This document shows positions 58,330 through 64,000 of a stretch of DNA of 64,000 bases, one piece after another (positions within the stretch are counted from its first letter, which is position 1; each line of letters begins with the position of its first letter). Below the pieces are notes generated by a model. That model was not told the origin of the DNA. It was given only the letters and a program-made list of their open reading frames with translations, and did not search any database. The position numbers were made by a program, and so were the translations under genes. The stretch is from an uncultured Acidimicrobiia bacterium (lineage in GTDB: Bacteria > Actinomycetota > Acidimicrobiia > Acidimicrobiales > AC-14): assembly GCA_963836205.1 (NCBI GenBank), contig CAWIIV010000006.1, positions 1-64,000 of the forward strand. The letters run 5' to 3'.

Positions 58330-60342
58330 TCAGCCGGCCTGGGGCTCGGGTTCGCCCAGATAGGCCTCGATCACCCTCGGGTCGCGCTGCACGTCGGCGG
58401 GCCGGCCCTCGGCGATCTTCTCGCCGAAGTCGAGCACGCACACCCGGTCGGACGCCCCCATCACCAGGCTCATGTCGTGGTCGATGAGGACGATGGTGAG
58501 GCCCTCGTCCCGCAGCCGGCGGATCAGCGCCATCACCGCCTGCTTCTCCGCCGCCCCCATGCCCGCCGCGGGTTCGTCGAGGAGGAGGACCTGGGGCCGG
58601 GTGGCCACCGCCCGGGCGATCTCCAGCCGCCGCTGGTCGCCGTAGGGCAGGTTGCGGGCCAGGTCGCCGGCCCGGTGCCCGATGCCGACCAGCGCCAGCA
58701 GGGTGCGGGCCTCGTCCCGGCTCTCCCGCTCCTCCCGCCGGTGGCGGCGCAGGCCGAACAGCGCCCCCGGCACGCTCGTGCGGTGGCGGGAGTCGGCGCC
58801 GATCATCACGTTCTCCAGGGCCGTCATGTTGGGGAACAGGCGGATGTTCTGGAACGTGCGGGCGACGCCGGCCTGGGTGACCTCGTGGGGCCGGTCGCCG
58901 CAGATGGTCGTCCCGTCGAGGCGGATATCGCCCCCGGTGGGACGGAACACGCCCGTGACGCAGTTGAACACGGTCGTCTTGCCCGCCCCGTTGGGACCGA
59001 TGAGCCCGAGGATCTCGCCCCGGTTCACGACCACGTCGACCCCCCGGAGGGCGACCACGCCCCCGAACTCCATCCGCACCCCGTCCAGCTCGAGCACGTT
59101 CGACCCCTTGGCCCCCGAGGCCAGGTCGACCGAAACCGGTGCCGCCATCGGGCCGGGGACCGGGATCGGCGCCCCACCCACCTCGGCCTCCGCCTCCACG
59201 TCGACCGCCACCGGCGCCTCGACCGTTCCACCCATGCCCCCCTCGGGCGGGGCCTCGGCCAGCTCCGCCGCCCGCTGCCGGCTGGGGATCAGGCCCTGGG
59301 GCCGGAAGATCATCATCACCACCAGGGCCAGCCCGAACAGCAGCACCCGGTACTCGGTGATGTTGGTGGCGTGGCCGCCGAGGATGGTGTTGAGCCAACG
59401 GGTCAGCGTCTCCCCCGCGGCCGCGTCCCGGAGATACTCGGGGAGGAACGCCACCGCGAACGCGCCCACCACCACGCCCGGGATCGAGCCCATCCCGCCC
59501 AGCACCACCGCCGACAGCAGGATCACGGAGAGGAAGAACGGGAAGTTGTCGGGGTTGATGAAGCTCACCCGGCTGGCGTAGATCCATCCTCCCAACCCGC
59601 CGGTCGACGCCCCGATGGCGAACGCCCACAGCTTCATCTTGAACGTCGGGACACCCATGGCCTCGGCCGCGTCCTCGTCCTCCCGGATGGCAGCCCACGC
59701 CCGACCCACGCGCGACCGCTTCAGGCGCACGATCATCGTCACCGCCAGCGCGATGGCGACAAGGGTGAGGTAGTAGTACGGCAGCGGGTCGAGCCCGAAC
59801 TTCACCCCCAGCACCGGCGTGGGGTGGGGGATGGCCGAGATGCCGCGGGACGCCCCCAGCGACTCCGAGTTCTGGGCCACGATGCGGGCGATCTCGCCGA
59901 AGCCGAGGGTGACGATGGCCAGGTAGTCGCCCCGTAACCGCAGGGTGGGGGCGCCCAGGATCACACCCGCCACCGACGCCAGCAGCACGGCCACCACCAG
60001 CGCCTCCCACGCGGTCCAGCCGGCCGACGTCGTCAGCTTGGCCGTGGTGTAGGCGCCGACCGCGTAGAAGGCCACGTAGCCGAGGTCGAGGAGGCCGGCC
60101 TGGCCCACCACCACGTTGAGTCCCAAGGCCAGGAGGACGAACACCGCCACCGGGTAGAACAGCACGCTCTGCCACACGGTGGAGATCCCGAGCGGGGCGA
60201 GGATCGCCCCCAGGACGGCGAGGCCGATCACCGCCGCCCGCATCCAGCGGCCCTGCCGGTCCCACCACCGGGCCACCGGCGCCACCACTGACGGCAGCCA
60301 CGACCGCCGTCCCGCCATGCGCCCAGCCCGCAGCCGTCTCAC
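58330..60342 (-). CDS. Branched-chain amino acid ABC permease-ATPase fusion (LivM-LivG)
   Basis: GLLDLGY, LRGDYLAIVTLGFGEI, then GPNGAGKTT, RTFQNIRLF, EAYLG in one frame. Confidence 0.88.
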   Translation of the reverse strand: MRRLRAGRMAGRRSWLPSVVAPVARWWDRQGRWMRAAVIGLAVLGAILAPLGISTVWQSVLFYPVAVFVLLALGLNVVVGQAGLLDLGYVAFYAVGAYTTAKLTTSAGWTAWEALVVAVLLASVAGVILGAPTLRLRGDYLAIVTLGFGEIARIVAQNSESLGASRGISAIPHPTPVLGVKFGLDPLPYYYLTLVAIALAVTMIVRLKRSRVGRAWAAIREDEDAAEAMGVPTFKMKLWAFAIGASTGGLGGWIYASRVSFINPDNFPFFLSVILLSAVVLGGMGSIPGVVVGAFAVAFLPEYLRDAAAGETLTRWLNTILGGHATNITEYRVLLFGLALVVMMIFRPQGLIPSRQRAAELAEAPPEGGMGGTVEAPVAVDVEAEAEVGGAPIPVPGPMAAPVSVDLASGAKGSNVLELDGVRMEFGGVVALRGVDVVVNRGEILGLIGPNGAGKTTVFNCVTGVFRPTGGDIRLDGTTICGDRPHEVTQAGVARTFQNIRLFPNMTALENVMIGADSRHRTSVPGALFGLRRHRREERESRDEARTLLALVGIGHRAGDLARNLPYGDQRRLEIARAVATRPQVLLLDEPAAGMGAAEKQAVMALIRRLRDEGLTIVLIDHDMSLVMGASDRVCVLDFGEKIAEGRPADVQRDPRVIEAYLGEPEPQAG

Positions 60343-61295
60343 GCCCGGGCCCTCCCCAGGCTCTCGCCCAGCAGGCCGGTGGGACGGAACAGCAGCACCA
60401 GGACCAGGACGGCGAACGCGAACACGTCCTTCCACTCGCCGCCGAGCACGGTCGACCCCCAGTTCTCCAGGAGCCCGAGCAGGAGGCCGCCCAGGAGCGC
60501 GCCGCGGATGTTGCCGATGCCCCCCAGCACGGCCGCGGTGAAGGCCTTGATGCCGGGCAGGAACCCGATGTCGAAGCGGGCGGCCTCGAAGAAGATCCCG
60601 AACAGGGTCCCGGCGGCCCCGGCCAGCATGCCTCCGAGCAGGAACGTGAGCACGACCACCCGGTTGATGTCGACGCCCATCATCGACGCCGTCTCCGGGT
60701 CCTGGGCCGCGGCCCGGATGCCCCGTCCGAGGCGGGACTTGGCCACGAAGCGCTCCAGCGCCACCATCAGCACCACCGCGAAGACGAGCACCAGCACCTT
60801 GTCGGCGCGGATGTCGGCCCCTCCGATGGACGCCAGCTGCCGCTTCTCCAGAACCCGGGGGAACCCGAGGATCTCCCGCCCGTACCGCACCGCGAACAGC
60901 TCCTGTAGGAAGAGCGACATCCCGATGGCGGTGATGAGGGCGGCCAGGCGGGGGGCGTTGCGGCGGCGCAGGGGGCGGTAGGCGATGCGCTCCATGGCCA
61001 CGGCCGTCAGCCCCGACACGGTCATGGCCACCAGCATCACGACCACGACCGTGACGACAAGCGCGACCCCCGTCTTGGCCGGGTCGCCCGTCTCGATCCC
61101 CAGCCCGTGCATGGCGAAGAGGCTGGCGAACACCCCGATCATGAACACTTCGGAATGGGCGAAGTTGATCAGGCGCAGGACGCCGTAGACGAGGGTGTAG
61201 CCGAGGGCGATGAGAGCGTAGATCGAACCCAGGGTGAGACCGTCGACCGTCTGCGGCCAGAACTGGTCGCGGAGGCACTGGAAACAGGTTTCGAT
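60339..61295 (-). CDS. livH: Branched-chain amino acid ABC permease (no clear canonical start)
   Basis: GSIYALIALGYTLVYG..INFAH, KAFTAAVLGGIG, RPTGLLG. Confidence 0.88.
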   Translation of the reverse strand: METCFQCLRDQFWPQTVDGLTLGSIYALIALGYTLVYGVLRLINFAHSEVFMIGVFASLFAMHGLGIETGDPAKTGVALVVTVVVVMLVAMTVSGLTAVAMERIAYRPLRRRNAPRLAALITAIGMSLFLQELFAVRYGREILGFPRVLEKRQLASIGGADIRADKVLVLVFAVVLMVALERFVAKSRLGRGIRAAAQDPETASMMGVDINRVVVLTFLLGGMLAGAAGTLFGIFFEAARFDIGFLPGIKAFTAAVLGGIGNIRGALLGGLLLGLLENWGSTVLGGEWKDVFAFAVLVLVLLFRPTGLLGESLGRARA

Positions 61296-61340
61296 AGCGG
61301 GCCCTGAGTCCGCTCGTTACCGTTGGGAGCCGGGCCGGCG

Positions 61341-62537
61341 CTAGTTCAGGAGCTCTTGGGTGGTGCCGAGGACGGTGGGCTTGCCGGCCCGGAACTCGTA
61401 GACGAAGACGTCGCCGGCCTTGATGTTGCCGTTGGCCTCGAACTCGATGGTCTTGCCCGCACCCTCGTAGACACCCAGGTTCTCGACGTGGTCGAGCAGG
61501 GCCTCCCGGCTGGTCTTGCCGGCCTTGATGCCCGAGATGAGGATGTTGGCCGCGTCGTAGCCCTCGGTGGAGTAGGTGGCGGGGGCCGTGTTCCACTTGT
61601 CCTGGTAGGCCTTGGCGAACGCACCGAGCGCGCCCGGCGCGTCCTCGGTGGCCAGCTTGCAGGCGCAGGTGACCTGGACACCCTCGGCCGCCGGCGCGCC
61701 GGCCGAGGCCACGAAGCCGACGTCGAGCGAACCGTCGCCGCTCAGGAAGCGGACGTTGACCTGACCGTCGGTGAGCTGCTTCTTGAGCCGGCCCGCCTCC
61801 GAGTAGTAACCGCCGTAGAAGATCATGTCGGGCGGGGGCGTGAGGGCCCGGATCTGGTTGACGACGGCCGAGAAGTCCTGCGACTTGGGGTCGATGACCT
61901 CGTTCAGAACGGTGGCGACGCCCGCCTTCTCCAACGACGCCCGGGTGCCGTCGGCCAGGGCCTTGCCGTAGTCGGCGTTGTCGTTGACGTAGGCCGCGGT
62001 CTTGACCGTGAGCTTCTTGGTCACGTAGTCGGTGACGCCCAGGCCCTGGAGGTCGTCATCGGGGACCAGGCGGTGGAACACGGTCTGCCCGGCGAGCTCG
62101 TTGGGCAGGGCGGTGGCCGTGGCGGACGCGCTCACCATGACCAGGCCCGCCTCCTGCAGCGACGGGATCACGGCCCGGGTCTCGCCCGAGAAGGTGGGAC
62201 CGACCACACCCCGGATGGACGCGTCGTTGATGAACCGGTCCTTCGCGGTGGTGGCCTGGTCGGGGCTGCCCTGGGTGTCGAACGGGACCAGGTCGAATTT
62301 CACGTCGCCGCCGGCGTCGTTGGCCTCATCGACGGCGATCTGTGCGCCCTGGCGGATGTTGATACCGAGGTTGGCGTTGGGTCCGGTGAGGGGACCGACG
62401 AAGGCCAGCTTGTACGTCGTCTGGCCCGACGTCTCCCCTCCCTCGTCGTCGGAGTCACCGCATGCCGCCAGCATCAGGGCGGCCATCGAGACGATGGCTA
62501 CGACCCTCCAGGTCCCAGCCCGGGTCACACGTGACAT
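61341..62537 (-). CDS. Branched-chain amino acid ABC substrate-binding lipoprotein (LivJ/LivK-like)
   Basis: LAAC lipobox, GPLTG, GPTFSGET, YGGYY. Confidence 0.9.
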   Translation of the reverse strand: MSRVTRAGTWRVVAIVSMAALMLAACGDSDDEGGETSGQTTYKLAFVGPLTGPNANLGINIRQGAQIAVDEANDAGGDVKFDLVPFDTQGSPDQATTAKDRFINDASIRGVVGPTFSGETRAVIPSLQEAGLVMVSASATATALPNELAGQTVFHRLVPDDDLQGLGVTDYVTKKLTVKTAAYVNDNADYGKALADGTRASLEKAGVATVLNEVIDPKSQDFSAVVNQIRALTPPPDMIFYGGYYSEAGRLKKQLTDGQVNVRFLSGDGSLDVGFVASAGAPAAEGVQVTCACKLATEDAPGALGAFAKAYQDKWNTAPATYSTEGYDAANILISGIKAGKTSREALLDHVENLGVYEGAGKTIEFEANGNIKAGDVFVYEFRAGKPTVLGTTQELLN

Positions 62538-62807
62538 GACTCACACTCCTTTGGAGGATGCGAAGGTGTCGCGGACATTACCCCCGCGGCGTCTCGCGTA
62601 CCCGGGTGCGGCAAATCTGACCCGAGGAGCGAAGAGGATCTCGAGGAGTTGGCGGAGAACATCTGCATCCTCGTCCGGGAGGAGCTCGAGACCCAACACC
62701 GGCTCGAAGGCCACGCGGAGGCGGTGCCGGACTGCGCGGTGCGCGAATCGCGCCGGGTGACGTAGGCAGCCCGCGTTCCCCCGGGCCGCGGTAGGTAGGC
62801 TCCGAGC

Positions 62808-63275
62808 ATGCCCGAGGCACCCGCTGTCGACCCCATGCTCCAGCTGTTCGTCCGCCTGATGAACAACCTCGACGTGCAGCTCGGCGTGACGGTCCTGGTC
62901 GGCGGGTCGTGGGTGACGGGCATCCTCATCCCGCCTCGCACGTTCACCGAGGAGTCGGGGGCGGAGTTGGTGGAGAAGGCGGGCGCCGAGGCGGAGGGAC
63001 TGCAAGTCTTCTTCCGGGAGCTCGGTCGGCACTGGTTCCCGAGCGACGAGGAGCTGGAGGCGGAGACCGCCGCCGGCACCGGCCCCCGTCGCGACGACCG
63101 CCCGTTCCACCTCCACCTCCGCAAGGCGAGGCTGGTGACGACCACGGGGACGATCCCGATGGACGGCGCCTACATGCGCATCCGCCTGGCCGACATCGCC
63201 GGCTGGGTGATCGGAGACTTCTCCGCCACCCATCCCTTCCGCCCGCCAACCCCACCTCAACACACCGACTCGTAA
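62808..63275 (+). CDS. Hypothetical protein, possibly GvpU-like
   Basis: LGVTVLVGGSWVTGILI ... HLHLRKAR ... RIRLADIAGW resembles GvpU-like proteins as I recall them; not verified. Confidence 0.45.
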   Translation: MPEAPAVDPMLQLFVRLMNNLDVQLGVTVLVGGSWVTGILIPPRTFTEESGAELVEKAGAEAEGLQVFFRELGRHWFPSDEELEAETAAGTGPRRDDRPFHLHLRKARLVTTTGTIPMDGAYMRIRLADIAGWVIGDFSATHPFRPPTPPQHTDS

Positions 63276-63393
63276 CGGGGGGGGCCGAGGGGGGCCGGGG
63301 GCCGAGTGCGGGGCCGGCCGGGCACAGGGAACCCGGCGGTACAAGGGCGGGCTGGGTCGCCCTCATCGCCAGGGCGGGACGGAAGACGTGGCT

Positions 63394-63474
63394 GACCACG
63401 ACCCGGGCCCGACCACGACCCGGGCCCGACCACGACCCGGGCCCGACCACGACCCGGGCCCGACCACGACCCGG
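63394..63474. repeat. 17-bp tandem repeat, 4 full copies plus a partial copy
   Basis: (GACCACGACCCGGGCCC)x4 + GACCACGACCCGG. Confidence 0.92.
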
Positions 63475-63537
63475 CCAAAGCGGCTCGAACCCACGCCGAT
63501 GCCCACGACCGGCCAGACTTCGCCACACGCCAGCACC

Positions 63538-64000
63538 TCACGGTGGCAGCTCCGGTGGTGGGTCCCATGTCCATGCTCCCGGGCGGCCGGCCAGGACCCA
63601 GCCCTGATGGGTCTTGAGGGCGTGGTGGCGGTGGCAGAGCCGGGCCAGGTTCTCCAGCGTGGTGGGACCACCCTCGGCGAAGGAGACGAGGTGGTCGATC
63701 TCCAGGCGCTGGCGTACGTCGCAGCCGGGGACGACGCACTTGGGGTCTCTCGTCTCCAGCGCCGAGCGCACGTGGGCGGGGACGGTCCGTCCCCCGTGGG
63801 CCACCGCCACCACGTCGACGCCCCTGGTCACCAGCACCTTCAACACGCCGTCGGTGGCCAGGGCCCGGGCGGTGGCCACCGGGATGGGGCCCAGCCCCGG
63901 GATGTCGCACACCTCACCCTCCTCCACGTGGCCCCGGACCAGCGCTGCGTGGTCGACGCGGACGTGCACCACCGGTACCGGTCCCCTTCCTCCGCCTCCA
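63538..64000 (-). CDS. HNH endonuclease-domain protein (DUF222/13E12-like), 5' part outside the window
   Basis: RDPKCVVPGC..EIDH..GGPTTLENLARLCHRHH..KT. Confidence 0.85.
   Translation of the reverse strand, partial: GGGGRGPVPVVHVRVDHAALVRGHVEEGEVCDIPGLGPIPVATARALATDGVLKVLVTRGVDVVAVAHGGRTVPAHVRSALETRDPKCVVPGCDVRQRLEIDHLVSFAEGGPTTLENLARLCHRHHALKTHQGWVLAGRPGAWTWDPPPELPP

Noticed and set aside
58330-60342. LivM-LivG fusion as a novelty
   Set aside because: Permease-ATPase fusions are common in actinobacterial branched-chain amino acid transporters; only the linker element is noted.
63394-63474. Possible CRISPR array
   Set aside because: The repeats are contiguous 17-mers with no spacers, and no cas genes are present.

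Overview
A very GC-rich actinobacterial window, probably Acidimicrobiia judging by gene content and codon style. It is dominated by a dispersed cobalamin (B12) biosynthesis and cobalt-uptake locus in three blocks (8.2-20.0 kb, 36.0-47.3 kb, 51.0-53.3 kb), which includes a cobalamin riboswitch. Between these blocks lie two ECF sigma modules, a secreted NucA/NucB-type nuclease with a possible immunity gene, an LPXTG surface protein, osmoprotectant and branched-chain amino acid ABC transporters, a MarR/CLC pair, metF, a vapBC pair and a partial HNH gene. About a dozen single-base frameshifts in conserved genes suggest long-read indel errors. The main discovery candidates are: (1) a CPA1 cation/H+ antiporter fused to a rhodanese domain whose active-site motif contains an in-frame UGA followed by a SECIS-like hairpin, i.e. 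a probable selenoprotein transporter; (2) an AT-richer four-gene cassette (GDPD, cupin, inositol monophosphatase-like, large NDT-domain protein) that resembles an uncharacterised nucleotide-centred conflict or metabolic system; (3) unusual B12 fusions (CbiX-CbiO, CobQ-FhuF-like 2Fe-2S, RHH-CobI); (4) a family of ~48-bp palindromic elements inserted in frame at gene starts and fusion linkers. All calls come from reading motifs by eye; no searches were run.
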